A DNA stretch of 64,000 nucleotides from positions 181,288,001-181,352,000 of the forward strand of contig OZ024740.1 of NCBI GenBank assembly GCA_964016885.1, given 5' to 3'. Below, piece by piece: positions 39,122-55,500 of this stretch (positions are counted from its first letter, which is position 1; the number at the start of each line of letters is the position of its first letter). A program made the translations under genes and the position numbers. Below the pieces are notes generated by a model. That model was not told the origin of the DNA and ran no database searches. It was given only the letters and a program-made list of their open reading frames with translations. This DNA comes from Eledone cirrhosa (Eukaryota).

Positions 39122-42100
39122 TGTGCGCGTGTGTCTGAGTGTGTCTGATTGTGTCTGGGCGTGTGTGTGTGTGTGTAACAAATAGTTTATCGCTCTAGAT
39201 GGCTGTATACAATAAATGAGTTTTTCAAATATTAATGATAATATTCGATTCGTTTGCAATTATCTAAAGCCATGTGAGTAGTATGATTGTACATTTTTGG
39301 TCTTGTATTGGCTTGTAAACAGAACTGCAGACACTAATGCTTCTGGGTGATCACCCTTCATCGGTACAGTTTACTGCTTACCTACCAACTGTCAGGTCTA
39401 GTAAACATTTATTTTCTAAAATATACAATGACTGATCGGCCTGAATTACATATTAACAGACTGCCAGATCAGCTATATCTGCATATTGGCAGACCCACTG
39501 ATCAGCCAGAATTGTATATCAGCAGATAGACCAGTCAGTTTCATACGAGTGATTAATGGTCGGTTTTGCCCTATTCAAATATAACATACAAATAGTTTAT
39601 CGCTCTACATGGCTGAATACAATAAATTTAATCAGGGATTTTCAAATATTAAATAAAAATGTTCGATTCATTTGCAATTATGGAAACAGCCTTTTTTAAG
39701 CCATGTCAGTATCGTTGACTCAGTCAGTTTATCATCAAGTCTGTGAGCAAATTGTATTCTACACTTTATATGTTGTAAAAAATAGAATCGTTTCAAACTA
39801 TTTTACAAAGCGATTGTCATTATTGACTGGTGTAATTTAAAGAGGTTATAGGAATATTAAATCCTCTGAACGTTGATCCATCTAGTTGGATAAAACATCT
39901 TCACTATTGAATATCTATAGTTATCGTTTTTCAACGTATACCTCAATCCCATGAATACAATTTCTAAGTTTCCTTAGAAATGTAATCTTAAGTATAGGTT
40001 CAGAGTTATTTCTTCATACGTAAGTTCCTTTACAGCTGCTTTCTGAATATCCCCTCGAATTGTGCGTTGAATGCGTTTTTGTAATGTTAAAAATATATTA
40101 TAAGAGGCATACATTTCCAATTTAAAGACGAGAGACCTACTTACGAAATGACATCTACATTTATCGTGTTTAAAATGTTGAAAATATTTGATTTGCTTAT
40201 TTGAATGTATAATCTTAAGATAAACTTTCATATTGCAATTCAAGATTTCATTGCATCAATTTGAAATGATTTCGTTATAGCAACCAGGTACGTTTTGTTT
40301 AAAAGTGTTCCGCCACCTGTTAAAATCGCAACATATTGCCTTTGATGTCTATAGTATTTGAAGCATGTTTCTGGCTTGAGAATACTTTTACCCTATCATT
40401 CACACAGGCTTGAAAATAACGGTAGGCGTTTTTTATCTATTCCATTATCAACTATCAGTAGTAAACTAGATGCATAGACAAATCACAACTACAACTTCTG
40501 GTAGTGTCCTTTATATCTTCATTGAATTCAGTAGCGGCTGTTTATTACCATATATAACAAGCCAACGAGGGAATGTATACCAAGTCTCTGTTTTGTGTGA
40601 AATAGTAGTTAGTCAATGTAATATTGAAAATAAACCAGGCATGATGCACATGGCTAGAGGACCATTGATCATTATGCGTGTGTTTGTATACGTTTAAGTG
40701 CTTCAGAATACAATGGTCTCTGATTTATACACAAGGCCAACAATTTTGGGTGAGGCAAAAATAGATTAAACCGGCCCCAGTGCATTACTAGTACTTTCAT
40801 TTATCGATCCAATGAGGATGACAGGAAAAGCTAATAACGTTGGGATTTCTACTCAGTGTGCTTCATATAATGAATTCTATCATTGACAACAAACCACACA
40901 TTTGAGAGGAAAAGAAATAGTCGATTAACATAGCATCTGTATACCACTGGTAGTTTCTGTATTGATTCCTTGACGAATGAAAGATGACGCCACACTCCAC
41001 TGTGGTTTAAACTCAGAACGTGAAGTTAACAGGTATAAACTACAATTCTATTTCTTCCAGTATTCTAAATAATCCCCAAATAAGCTATATTTAGCTGCAT
41101 AATACATTTAGAGTTATATTGTTATTAATGTTGTGACAAATCATATATGATCCATAGATTTCCGGTCATGACAATCTAATTTGTTTTTTCGCAGATGGTG
41201 TAATTATCACATTATCCAACATATCCTTCTATTTATAAAACCATGTGTGGGTTTGAGACTATTTGGCTGATATTTCTAGAAAATCATGTAATTACGCAGG
41301 GACATTCATGGCTTGTTTACAGTGAGATAATTAAGCTGGTGTTAACATATTTAATGAAACATCAAAACCTAATTAGATATGATTATGCGGAGAGAAAACG
41401 ATAACATCAGAGCAATGGCTAATGTTATATAAATTAGTTCAGTAAATACATATGACAATACGAGACCTGCTTCATTCTTATTAGTCCTACTCAGAGAAAC
41501 ATAGTCTCCGTGTCTAGTTCTGTACAGTTTATGTTTATATAGCTAGAATTTGATCACTACTCTGTAATGGAGAGAGAGGCTTCACTGAGGTGATGGTTTA
41601 AAATGTCCTTAAATATAGGTAGGTAGATTGCGTATCTAATTGTTAAATGCTTTAGGAAAATAATATTAGAGCAGTATGAACCAATTATTATTCGGGTCGT
41701 AATGGCACCCTGCTGATTTAGGTAGCTCTGATTCTAGCAATTCGATAGAAGAAAGTTTTAATGCCAATACTGAATAAATTTTGAGCATGATTATTTTTTT
41801 GTTGTTTTTGTATTTACCTTTCAATCTATAAATCATCAGTACACATCATACCACCAAGATTTATATTAACAAGAGGGTATTTTACACAAAGCAGTTTACT
41901 TAATTTTAAAATATGTTATTTACAATTATTTTGGGCGTAATTGATCAGTGTGTTATATAATATCATGCATGAAGATCTGGGTATGTTCAAAGAAAATATC
42001 TACCCCATGAAACGCATTGGAATTGATGTCATCGCCTGTTGCATTGCGTTTGACTTAGCACTTGCATTAATGTCAGTTATGTAATGGGGATTTGCATATA

Positions 42101-45100
42101 CAACGCTAATTGCGATTCGCTTACTGGAATATTAATGAGTAAATGTTGTGTAAGAATATACAGATAAAGAGCCCAAGGAATTATTCAGCAGTTCTTCTCA
42201 ATTACCATTTATATATTCCCACGTTATTATTTCGAAGCAGCTGTTAAAGGAAGATAAAGAACATTCATAATTCATTATTAGTATTGAGAAAATTGTGAAA
42301 TTTCCTTCATTTGTTATAGTTGAATATTTAACGAAAGGTGTGCTAAATTTCTTTCATGCGTTTTTCAGTGTAAGTGTGTTTGAATGCGATTATGTACGTG
42401 CATGTATGTGTGGGGGAATCTGTATTGCGTCTGCTTGTCACTCTCTCTCTCTCCGTGTACGTGGTCATATTTGGTGAATGTTCAAAGTTATCTATAATAT
42501 ATGTTTGTATGAGCTCATGCATATGCAATTCACAAGAAATTGGTTGCAACTATATACACCTGAAGGTGAATTGTTTCTTTGACAAGACGAAATTGATTTT
42601 GTGGGATATTAGATAATCGAATGTTTGTTAAGAAACGTGCAGTGGTAACGATTTCAATCACCAACTTGTTGATAAAAGAGAAGTGTGTTCTCCCCAAAGA
42701 AATCAAGATAACTAGTTTTTCGTTTTTTCTTTTGCTTTTGTTTTGTTTATTTTTATGTCTATTTTCCCTTTTTAGCGGTAAGATGGATACAATTCTATGA
42801 AGAAAGTAATTTACTATTTACCACAGACACAACAACTGTCAGCGTCTACAGCAATGCCATATTGTTATCTAATTATCAATAATGTCATTTTGTTCTCTAA
42901 AACCATTTTTACTTTTTTGTATTTCTTTTTATGTGCATTGTGGCCTTCGTTTTTGCAAAGATGTTTTAAATGCTAAAGAAATTGTGAATATAAGTATATG
43001 TATTCGTGTGATAGGTTTCATGGGTGTACGCGTTTGCTTTGAGTATGATTCGGTTGCAATGCATCGTTTATACATGCTTTGTTAATCAAATATCAGGTTA
43101 GATGGTTTAACAGCTATAATATTGAACCGTTCAAATTTCGTTAGTTCAAAATACATAAAAAGAGATGCGCCACTAACTCTGTAGTGTTCACATGCTTTAA
43201 GTGCTGTTGTAGAAAAATAAACATTTTCTATTCCAATGTGATACATGTTTACATAGCTTTCGACATAGCCAGAAAATAATTGTTAAATTAAACTGTTTTA
43301 AAATTGATGAAGACGTATTCATGAATTTAAATGTTCCCTATCACGTAGATTTCACAGTTGCCTATAGAAAAGCGTAAACAAGAAATGGGTTGGATTAAGT
43401 AATGGGTATTATATAGCGGATGGCTGAAATTTTGAATGTTAAATTATTCTTTCTTTACAGTTAATGGGTACTGATGTATGGATCTGCTAATTGTGTGATG
43501 TATGGAATATATTGGAGCTTATTCTTATTTAATGAATGTTTATATTCTACTTTGCTTTACTTTCCTATTTTGTTAAAATTGGATTATTATTGATTGGGAG
43601 TGCTATGTGATATTTTGCAGGTATGTATTAATATTGAAAATTATTAATAAATTCAAGAAATTGGTTAAAATTGATTTCCTATTACTTGATATTATCACCG
43701 TGATTTAGTATGTATTGAATATTCAAAGTAGATTGTCAGTGTTAATTAATTTTCAGTAGGGATATGAAGCAGTTCGTTTCTGATCCTATATTGTATAATC
43801 GTAGGTTTTATATTTGGCTACCAAACCTTTAGTGTTATATATATAAATACTTATATTTATATGAGAGATTGATTGTTCATTAAAAAATGTAAAGATATAT
43901 TCAAAATTTCGGTGTATAAAATCAGATGATGGTGAATAATATCTTTGTTTTGCTGCAAGTTCAGAATATAACGGTATAGTTGTTAAAGTTTGATAGAGAT
44001 TCTTAAGAATGGGAGAGAGAAAGAGAGTGGTACATTTATATAGGTTATAATTAACTTACTAGCTTCCTGTTAATAAAAGCGTATGGTCAGTAACTCTGGC
44101 GTACGGATGAATATTTAAAAAATAGTGCAAAAGGATATTAGAATAAAGATTCTTGTCTATGATAAAGTAGAGTGTGCTAATGTATAAATGAAAAAAATTG
44201 AATTATGCAAATTGAGAAATATAAGAAGAATAATAGTAAGTTGTAAACTATCAGCTGTTGTATATAGTACATGCAAGTATTGATTTCGCAATGAGTGCCT
44301 TTTATTACAGTATATAGTCTGTTTTTTTACATAATTTAATAATATGCGAGGGAAAATGATCTGGCATAATAATAGAGTACTTACTAATAATTAAGCTTTT
44401 TGGGTTTCCGAAAATTGCGTATTAATAACTAAAATGTTATTTTCCGTATGTATGTACTATATAAGATAAAATAGTAAAGAAGCGCAGATAGATGCTAGAA
44501 AGTTGTATTGAAATCCTATAAAAAAAAACACATACTATGTAAATAATATGGTATGATTACTCAGCACGTATTTACTTAAGCTGTTATGTATGTATCTTGT
44601 AACTAGTGTAACAATTATATCGAATTCCCTCTTGCTTCTTTATGGTCACATGAACACTCTGATCAATATTTGAATTGTTATCTACTGACTACTGTTTGCA
44701 GACATTCTCCATTTGATACTTGTTATATTAAGATATCTCATTACTATTTAATACACCGAATATTTACCTCATACACATGGGTATCGTGTTTTATGTAATC
44801 ATATTCATAACAATGCTTATATCCTCATGAACTTCTTTGACATATTCAAAATGATGTGATTCTGTTTTTACGTTTAATTAACTTAAGGAAAATACTTTTT
44901 TTCAGACCCATGTTTGTTTAGTTATATTATGTTGTTTTTTCTTTCTTTGTGTGGTACATACAACATATGTTATCAATCATATTGGGAATATAGGATATTA
45001 TCTGATTTCAGATGTTCTATTTTCTCTTAATATTAACAAAACATGATAAGGGAGACAATTGCTTCAGGTTTATTATAAGACAGCAATGAAACGTTTTTGA

Positions 45101-48100
45101 TAGATGTATAAACATTTTATTTTCTTTATTTTCTAAGAACGAACAATATTTAAGAACTTCATTGCTGCCATAGCTTTTGTATAATATATTATATTATGAA
45201 GATAACATTGTATTATTCCAGATAATATATTTCTGAGTTCATGCTGCAACACCATGTGCATTTTTTAAAAATATTATTAGATCGTTTTTGTATTCATGAG
45301 TAAGTTATACTATTTTGTCTTTCGTGCCAGCCATTACTATTTAATCGAGAGATAGAAATTTGTTGTTGCATTTCAGGAGTAGAAGAGATAAGGGCAATAT
45401 TAGACAATTTGACGGTATGGTTATGTTCATTTAAAACTGAACTGGGTGATATATATTCATGCAACAGTTTTAAACATATAATTTTTAACTGAGATAAAAT
45501 AATTGATCCGTGTTTACCTTTATTTCGTAACTACAGAGATTTCAGATTCAATCTGACTGCACAGTGTATCGATAAAACTATACCGTCGGTTTGATCAAAT
45601 GTTGGTGAGAGAAATAGTTTCTATTCTTCAATAATAAAGGTAATTGTGAATTATCATACTGTTCATGACGTATTTAATACTTTCACTGCCGTTAACAAGG
45701 TATGAGTTTTAACACACACACACACACAGGGGACGAAAGCGACATGACTATATGTCACAATGCATGTTGTCGGACACTCTGAAAGGGACATGACTATATG
45801 TCACATTGCATGATGTCTGAGGCTCTACCGATACTGCCAGTAAACCACCCTCTCAGGCGTCAAATAATAGAATAAATGTAAGCGAAATATTGGTGTCAAA
45901 TGTGCACCTTATGTTGGATATTGTCATAATACGGTGACATCGTTTATATAATGGAATGGTTGCTTACTGCAATTACCTGATACATCTCCGGTTACCAAAC
46001 TACAATTCAGAGCACTAACGATTTAGATTAAAGTATATTTGACATAACATTATAACTGAATTGCCAAGAGAGTGGAAATAATCGATCATTTATTTTGTTT
46101 TTAGGACACACATTGTCAAACTAATCAACCACAGTTTCTATAAGGTCACAGATCCTATCATTACAATTTATCACATAAGGATATACTTATATTTGAAACA
46201 ATCACTGATACATTCATACATAAATGCATATGTGAGAGTGTGTATGTGTACGTGTATGTGCGAGTGCGAGTGCGTTATGGTCTGCGTCAATATGATCTTT
46301 TATTCAATACGTACGATGTTTAGATTTTCAGATCAAAAGGAAAGCAAACAAAAGAGGATGCCCAATAGATATTTCAGTGAAATTCAAAATAAAGTAGCAA
46401 ATAAAAAGGAATTAAAGAATAAATATTTTTCAAACGTGAATTTGACATTTATATGTGACTACACGTCCTATGATATTTACAAACAGAAAATTCTTTTGAG
46501 TCTTATGTCATTTTCAAATGTCATCAGATATTACATTTCCGTATACATTCACCAAATGTGAAAATACCCTTCCTCTGCACGATCAAACAGTAGATCTACA
46601 TGAAAGATGTCGCCGGGTTATACACTATTTCCAGAAGTTTATTGTTGTCGTAGAGCTGTTATTTTTTACATAGTTCCCTTATCTACAGGACGAATTTATT
46701 TTAAATTGCTATGAATTCCAAGGTTTAATTTCAGTAACATGGTCAAATACCATACTCATGTTGGAGAGTAGATGCAATATATAACTTCTCAACAAATCCC
46801 TATCTACACAACAAGCACCAACATAGAGTGGCTATTTAAGTTGGCCTGGTGCTCACAATATTATTTCTCAACTTATCTTAGTGATTCATTTACAATGGAA
46901 TACCACATCATTCCTATCCGTATGTCAGCTCTGAGATAGATGGGACCTGGGGTTAACGTATTACATCACAAACAGTATTTCCTGTAAATGGGGTTAGATC
47001 CCATGAAATCAATGATTATTAGATAATTGCTACATACGATACGATGAACTATTATCAGCAGCAATAGCTGCAGCAGATTTATGACCATTAACATCTATAT
47101 GGTGGAGTGTGTTCAAAATAATCATGGGTTCATCATATCATCATTAGTAATTCACAGCTGTTTTATAGAGATTCAGGATTCTACTTATGTAATGCATTTC
47201 TCCATACTTTTATAGACAGTAACCAGCTCATTCTAGTTATAAACACTTGTTTGGTCTTATTCTTTCGAGATTCATTTCCCAATCACGTGGGTCCATGTTC
47301 AATATCACTTGGACACGTATCTCCATCCATTATCATTAAAAATACGTAGTAAGAAACCTGCTCCGTGTTCTGTTGTACAAACGTATTTGTCCAGCGTCCT
47401 CCCTCATGAAAATACTTACTAATGTACCAAATCTCTTGACCACATGGTCAATCATATCCACCCTATAATATAGGGAGTGGAGTGCTATAAGAATCAAGGA
47501 GGTTGTACTTCGCAAGTGACGAAATCAAATGTTGTTAGAAGTATAGATGATATTTTAAATTAAGATATATAATTGTTTCTACGTTAGGCACAAGGCCAGC
47601 AATTACCCAGTGTATTACTGGTACTTTATTTTATCGACCCCGTAAGGATGAAAGGCAAAGTTAACCCCGGCGGGATTTGAACTCAGAATGGCAAGGGCCA
47701 TAACTCTGGTCAAATAATATAATATAATTATAATTTGAGTTTACATTACTGTTAAATATTTTTCCAAAATTTCATCAACGTTTTTCCCGAAAATTTCAGC
47801 AAATGTTTTCTTCAAATTGTAAAACAATGATCCTGTGGTTGACGACCCACCCTGTCAACATTTGCTGGGTTATTATAAGCCTTACTTGCCGGAAAAAGGG
47901 CTTCACAAATTTTGAAATAGATTTGCCCGGATGTAAAATTTCTCAAAGTTACATAATTTAATTGTCTGTGTTAATGTATGGCTTATTTTCTGATACTAGT
48001 TGAGACCCTGTAGTTGGTCGTCTTCTTTAAGTGTGGAATTCTATATAGAATTGTTGTTTTATCAACTAATGTAGACTGTTCTTGTTGCATATAATGCATG

Positions 48101-51100
48101 AAAATGTAATAAGTGGATGGTTAAACGATGGTTAGACGACGATGAAGAGCTAGTGATCCTGATGTATCAATTTTGGTCGTAACATTTACAGCCTTCCTCT
48201 CTGGATTGAAATCTATATCTCACGTCCGTCATCTGCACGACGTTCTGTGTCTTATGCACAGAAAAATCATACGTGGAAGAAATTAAAATAATTCCCGTGT
48301 TTCAAGTGTTATGAACTTGTAAATCACGCGACCACAGATTCCATGAGTATGTAACACGTATGGCTAAACACGTGAAAAATATGGCGCTACTATGGTCATT
48401 CTGATTTCAAGGATTGAATCATGAATGTTCCAAACAGTCATGTTCCAAACTATCTATATGAACTAATAAAGGGGATACAAAACATCGTTAATTAAAACCA
48501 TCAAATTACCGCAGTCGTATTTTTAATCCAACACACACATATGCGCACACAGATGACCACACGTAAAAAAGCACGGTTTCCACCACTTATATATGGTTGT
48601 GCTATTGCGTGGTTAAATCAGAATTTCATTCACCCTGCATATGTCAAATACTTCACCGTTAATATATCTATGTTTACGTATACTCAACATAGTGTTGAGT
48701 TGCGTCATTTTATATAAAGACAGGTATCAGCTACTACATAAACAATGGCTGGTAAAATAATTATCACACTACAATATGTAAATCCCTAGATCAATGTGAC
48801 TTACTAAAACATTCGAAGGCAATGTGTTACTTCCACCCCATTCACCATAATGCTAATCGTTGAAACAAATAGGTGATTCAACGAACAACAGAACAATAAA
48901 ATGGATAGTATAATAGAATTTACCTGTTTAACCAAACCTTACAAATGTATAATTATAACCATACACATCATATTGATTTCTTCGTTAGCAGGATATTCTA
49001 TTCAAGGTTGAATTTTATGTTTGTATTCTTTGTTCAAAACTACGGATAATGATTAAATTATTTACTGAAGTAAAAGTATATGTGTATAGGGGTGGATTTA
49101 ATTTAAAAAGATGAGATTGAACTGAAATCCGTAAAATGCACATATAGTTTACGCTTTCTTTGCGATCCTTCACATGTATGTCAACTTTGCCTTTCCGTTC
49201 TGCAAATAAATTTGAGAGAATAAATCATTTGCAAATAATGACACGAAATTGTCATCTAAAGTAGTCGGAAAATGTTAGAATTTCGTCAAATAATAGAATG
49301 TACATGTTATTTAATTACAAATGTGTGCAATAAAATTAGACACTAGCGAAAGTCTTGCAATGGTTACATATGATGTGAAAATAATTCCGAAGTGATGTTC
49401 ACAAATGGAAGTGATGTTCACAAATGGAAAAACGTCGACATGCGAATTTACTGGTTTGCTTAAGAAGAAATTAGTATTTCGTAAAGAGCCCCAAAAAACT
49501 TTCACCATAAACACTATACAATATTTCTTCTTAAGCGCTAAAACAAAATATATATTGAAATACAATAAATATAAAAATAACTGAATTTAAAATAAACATC
49601 CATGTGTTATTAGTTAAACAGCATATCACTTTTCAATGTTCTCGTTATTTAGTTTCCTTTGCTATCTTTTGCGAAAAATACTGACGGAAAATACGGTCAA
49701 TTTATATTTGCTTCAGTCACTTGAACGTTGTTTCATAAATATTTCAGGATACATAGCTGTCAGAATTATGTAAGAACATTTTATAGGAAAGTTATTTATA
49801 AGAGAAAATGGTCCAGTTTAGATATTCTGGCTTTTATTCTACCTTTCACCTGGTTGAAATATTGGTTTATTTCTAATTTAGACATAAGGACAACAATTTA
49901 TGGGAGGGGAAAGTCAATTAAATCGAAGACAGTTTGTTACTAGTACGTGATTTTATCGAGCTCGGTGGGATTTGAACTCAGAATGTAAGGGAACGTAACT
50001 ATATGTCGCAAAGCATATTGTCCGATATTCTGCCATTCCACGGACCTACTTTGTTGAAATAATAATGATCTAGCAGTATAAACACATATCGGTTGTATGT
50101 TACTCATTACACTTATTCGAATTAATGTTAGACACTGAGAATAATTTCAAAGTACGAACATATTGATCAACACTGTGAGATGAAATTTTGTTAAAGCGAA
50201 TTGTTTCTTAACATATATAGAATAGATTTGTAATTAATCTAGTATGTCAATCTTGTTAAATGATGAGAAGCACAGCCTGTCTCAGTGATGACTGGGGAAA
50301 TGATTAATTGTAGCAAAGTTTCCTAGTTCTTAAATATATCTGCACTAGATGTCTTTCTTCGAGTATTTCCTTGAAGTAAGACATCTAAAATAGCCGTTTA
50401 GTAGAGGTAGTCTTGAATGTGATACCAATAGAATTATAAAATAAATGTTTTTAGTATGTATATTTTTAACATCATTGTAATGAATAAAATTGCAAACTCA
50501 TTCATACTAACATTGAAATAAGAAAAGATATCCCCCAGAATATTGAAATGCAGTAAATATGTATGTCATATTATTGTATATTATTTTATTCTAAGTTCTA
50601 TCTAAAGGTTTGAATTTTTATATTTGTTTAAACCACACCAAGGCAGATTGTTACATTGAAATTATTAAATGTATTTCAGAACCGAACATAATCGAAATAA
50701 TGTAAAATAGTATATTAGAATTAAATGTACTGACATACATTCCAGTTTAATATTCTGATGTCACAGAGTTGTGTATTCATTCGGTAAAATTATTATTCGT
50801 ATCCATGACGTTTGATTTATTAGTGTTTATGGAAGTCAAATATTATTAGTAGTGTGAAAGTGAAATATTTGGTTTCCATGCAATAATACAGAAGTTAAGA
50901 ATAGTAAATGTTGGCATCTAATATAAGAAGTTCTGAATGATAATGGCTTTTATCAAATACACAATTAATAAATATCAGACAGACACCATGGAAAATGTTA
51001 TGAATACATAAATAACTACATTTTCTGCCAATAAAATGATATAGTGCCAAGGCAGTACAACAAATATCCTAGCATTATGTATGCACATTTCTTTTTTGTC

Positions 51101-51293
51101 GAAAGGGGAGAAAGAAGCTGAAGCAATAACAGTAGGCTACAGGTGTTTTTCTTTGAAACAAAGACCTACAAACACACAAATAGATATATAAATATACACG
51201 TAAACACCAGCACAAATTCACACACACACAAACGATCACACATACATACACACACACATATATACACATGTACACCCCCCCCCCCCCACACAC

Positions 51294-51324
<31 letters not shown>

Positions 51325-51389
51325 CATTATTTCGAAAACGAGAACTGTTATATTAATATAAAATCATCAGGAATGTGAACATTGACATC

Positions 51390-51445
51390 CCAGCAGCAGC
51401 ACCAGCACCAGCAGTTGTTGTAGTAGTAGTAGTAGTAGTAGTAAA
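51390..51445. repeat. (CAG)/(TAG) trinucleotide microsatellite
   Basis: Directly visible. Confidence 0.9.
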
Positions 51446-52444
51446 AATCCTTAGTTGAGACGATTAGTAAAATAGGAGAATAAGCAAATACCGAATGAGG
51501 GAGAGAGAGAGAAAGTAGAAATATAATGTGGGTACTTCTTATTTGAAAGGACATTCGTAATACGTGGCTCAGTATGTGAAATGTAAGCCATTTTACAATT
51601 TTTCAGGAATAGCAATATCACATTATCATCTGTTAAATTAAGTTGAAGAAGTAAAAGAAAATCAATCTCAACTCGCCTGAAACAAAAGTAGTTTCATAAA
51701 TTTCATTTAATAATAAGAATTTTAATGAGTTGATAAGTGCCAATTTAATACACTTAATAATATATTTATTTAATAGCTTTTCTTCGTTGTTTATTTAATA
51801 TGTGGTCAATATTTTCTATTCACATTTTTAAGGGTAGGTTTTCTTCTTTTGGCTTTGCTTTTTATGTTTCGCGTGGACAACTATATTATAATCCTTTAGT
51901 TCTGCATTCATAGCAGATGCTAATCAGTAAAACAATAATTCATACGCGATATGTTTGGACAAGTGTAACTCTGAAATGGCCAGGTTCAATCAATTGTATA
52001 TCATTAAAAGTTTTACGAACATATCGCTGACGTGTGCAGCGCAAAATTTTAACATTGTATTGTTTAATTTAATTATACTGGAAACAAATATTGAATTACC
52101 AAAAAGGTTGGACATGGAACCCACATTATGAACCACTGGTCCAGAGGTTTGCAGCATCGTGGTTGACCCTTCATATTTCTCATATCCAAGTTTAGCTTTT
52201 TATATTATTGTGGGTTCAACTTAACGTTTTCTCATTATTAAGATAAGTGTTGAAATGAATAACATTTGACTAGTATATATGTGTTAGATAACCTAACATT
52301 AGTTAAGATTCTGATCTGTAAGAGATAGCACATTCAGGAATAAGTACACAAGAAAAGCCCAGAGCACATTTTAGTCCACGTTCTAATAGTTAAATGTCCC
52401 GAACAATATCGACTCGGTAATTTAGCTACCTTCATTGCTCGCAA

Positions 52445-52501
52445 ACAACAACTACTACTAATAATAATAATAATAATACCACTACCACTACAACTACTAC
52501 C

Positions 52502-52541
<40 letters not shown>

Positions 52542-52557
52542 TTATTACTACTACTAT
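52445..52557. repeat. Compound (CTA)/(ATA)/(CCA) microsatellite
   Basis: Directly visible. Confidence 0.9.
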
Positions 52558-55500
52558 ATTTTCGCACAAAGGAAATAGATCTGACGAAACATCAAGCTAG
52601 TAACTGGAAATTGATAAATATCTTAAAAAAATACTTTCCTTTCTATAACGTTATATTCTCTTATCTCCGGAAATCCGTTTTCTCACTCTATTTTTTGAAG
52701 AGTCCTATGTGTCTTTGATAATTCTACTAATTTATAATGATACTTTATTTTTTCATCACACACGAAAAAGTGATTGACTTACTTTAGTAATTTCTGAACA
52801 TAAATTCTTCCTTTTCATATTTTCTGGGTTTTTTTGTGTAACAATTGAATTGTCTAAATTACATCAAAAATTGATAACAGATCTATTTCTGAGAAAACAA
52901 CGTCATTACTTTCCATCAATCCCATTCTTATTCAGTACATTCAAATACATTCTTTGTGTATTTCAAATATTTGAAATCTTTAGTCCTTATTATTACTTCC
53001 ATGCTCGAAAACACTTTTCTCGTTAGCTACTACGCTGATCTAATTGCTTTGGGTGTTGTTAATGCTTTCTGATCTTCCGGTTGCTGTAGGTGTTTCTACT
53101 GACTCTATTGCTGCTGCCGTTCTTGATGTCTTCTTTTGTTTCCATTTAAACATCTTTCCAAAGTCGACAATTAGATGCATTGATTTTGGATGAAGTTTTA
53201 CAACAATTTGGGGAAATGTCTCGCTATTGTTTTCTTGCAGATGAATTTAAACGAATTCAAATTGATTCATATCGGTTACACAACACAAGCCAACTAATGA
53301 GGCCAATAAAATTCAACCGTCTACTGCCATAGAGGATTGACTAACTACAAAATATGCTCAATTTAGCAAGAATTTATATTTGCAATGTAGATATGAATAT
53401 TGAGCGCCGACGTTCCCATTACAATGATGGTGATATTAATCACCATAAAATGTAAGCGTTTCTACGAACATCATTATCCCAATTGCAATTATGAACATTA
53501 TCATACAAATGTATAATATAATCACCGTAGTCATAATCGTAATACAACAATTGTATCTAATGAAGAAAATTTATGATTTAATGTGGTATAGCGTTTCTAC
53601 GTGTTAATACGTAGAAAAATAACAATCATCCCAAACTTCCTTTCATTAGGCTACCGAAATATCCGTTTTGTATTTCAATGAATGTTAATAGGTGTGTTGT
53701 TTAAATTATTATGTCCAAGAGCCTTGTCGTAGGTTTCTATTCAAATATATCATATTACTTGCATTTGTTTTAAGATGGAAAACAACCAATATGGAATTAA
53801 ATTTATAGAAACATGCTGTTGGCATTAGAATCAACAGCTGTAAAGCAAACAATCAAAGGTTTGGGTAATGAACACTGAAATCAGATTGAAAGTCTGCTTT
53901 CAGTGAGGAAACCAATTATACAAATTAAACAATCAGAATGATTGCAACAAGCATGATATATACATTGAACTGTTTCTTTTAGAAAGTTAAGTGTGTGTAC
54001 AGAATATGTAGCTCAAGGAATAAAGTTCCATGCAGCATTCCTGAGTTCAAATTATCTGCTGGGGTCAATGTTGCGATAAATACCATAATTTGCATCTACA
54101 ACTGTTTGACTTCACGCTATATAAACAAAAAGCTATGATACTAAAATAACTATGAAACATCATGTTCTAGATTAATCAGATGCTATATTTCTATTTATTG
54201 CTTTTAGTTTTTAGTTTTTAGTGTGTGACAAACATAAGTTTCAGAAAAATTATTGCTGTTTTTTTTTATTGTTGTTGTTCTTTGTCAAGATATATTAAGC
54301 TATCTATATATATGTACTGACTTTGTGCAAGTTTTATCAGGTAACCACAGGATGTGGATTTTCTGAATGCAGGATTAGACTTACGGACATGAAATAAAAT
54401 AAAATACTTGAGGAGAATTTAAAATTCTAGCAAACAACACCGTTGACTTTTATTTCCATAGAACGGATATATATCTATCACTGCATTATATCTATCACTG
54501 CATTATTTTTGCGTGTGTTTTATGTACAACCTCATCTAAAATCAGACGCTCTTTAAGTGAATACCATATCGGCAGAGGGCAATATAATTTTACTTTTTTG
54601 TTATCTGTCTTTTCACATATATTTGTGAAGATTGATTTGATGGAGTAGAACTACACTAAATCTATTACAAAAAGGTTTTCAAAACTTTTCGACGATATCA
54701 GAGAATATATTTCATAAGTGCCCCACCTCGAAAAGTTGAAAAATTATAGGCTGAAAGTTCGATTTTAATAATTCATTCGTAATTTTTTTTGTTTTAAAAT
54801 CTACTCATTTTTTGCTAATCTATATTTTTACCCCCCTTTTCACTCTTCATTCTTTGCAGCCTAAAGCCAAACTTTAGAATAGAACCCTAAGGATATTGTA
54901 GTGCCAACTCTGGGAATCCATCTGTTGTAGTATTTAATTTACGATATCTCACTATCTCACATATGCCTTAACATTCTTTTATATTATCATCGACATTGTC
55001 TTACAATGCGAAGTTTCTTATTTAGGCACAAGACCAACACATTTAGAGAGTGGAAAATCTATTAAATTGACCCCAACCTTATTTTATCGACCCAGAAATG
55101 ATAAACGTCAAAGCTGAATTCAGCCTCATTTGAAATCAAAACGTAAAGAGATGTATCTCTATACCATACTGAATGTTTTCCGACGCTATACCGATACTGC
55201 CAACCCACTGCACTTATGAGACTACATAAAAATACTATGTAATATAAGCCACTACTTATATTCTGTTTCCATTTACAAAGTACAGATGAGAGATAAGTTT
55301 CCTCATGGAAAGTTTAAAGATAGATTTTCCAGTCATTTTCTTTTCTTTTATCGACCACGTAAGGATGAAAGGCAAAGTTAACCTCGGTGGGATTTGAACT
55401 CAGATCATAATGGGACGCAACCCTATGCTGGATAGCATGGCACCCGTGATATTTAGATATATCTGATAGGATTCATGACGTATATAACGTTGAGGTGTAT

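Noticed and set aside
43451-43626. Exon-like segment with AG/GT boundaries
   Set aside because: Stops in all three frames and no partner exons; cannot be supported without transcripts.
45728-45850. ~47-bp tandem duplication
   Set aside because: Appears to be a duplicated fragment of the common SINE head.
53035-53240. Short minus-strand stretch that looks coding
   Set aside because: Under 60 codons and no recognisable motif.
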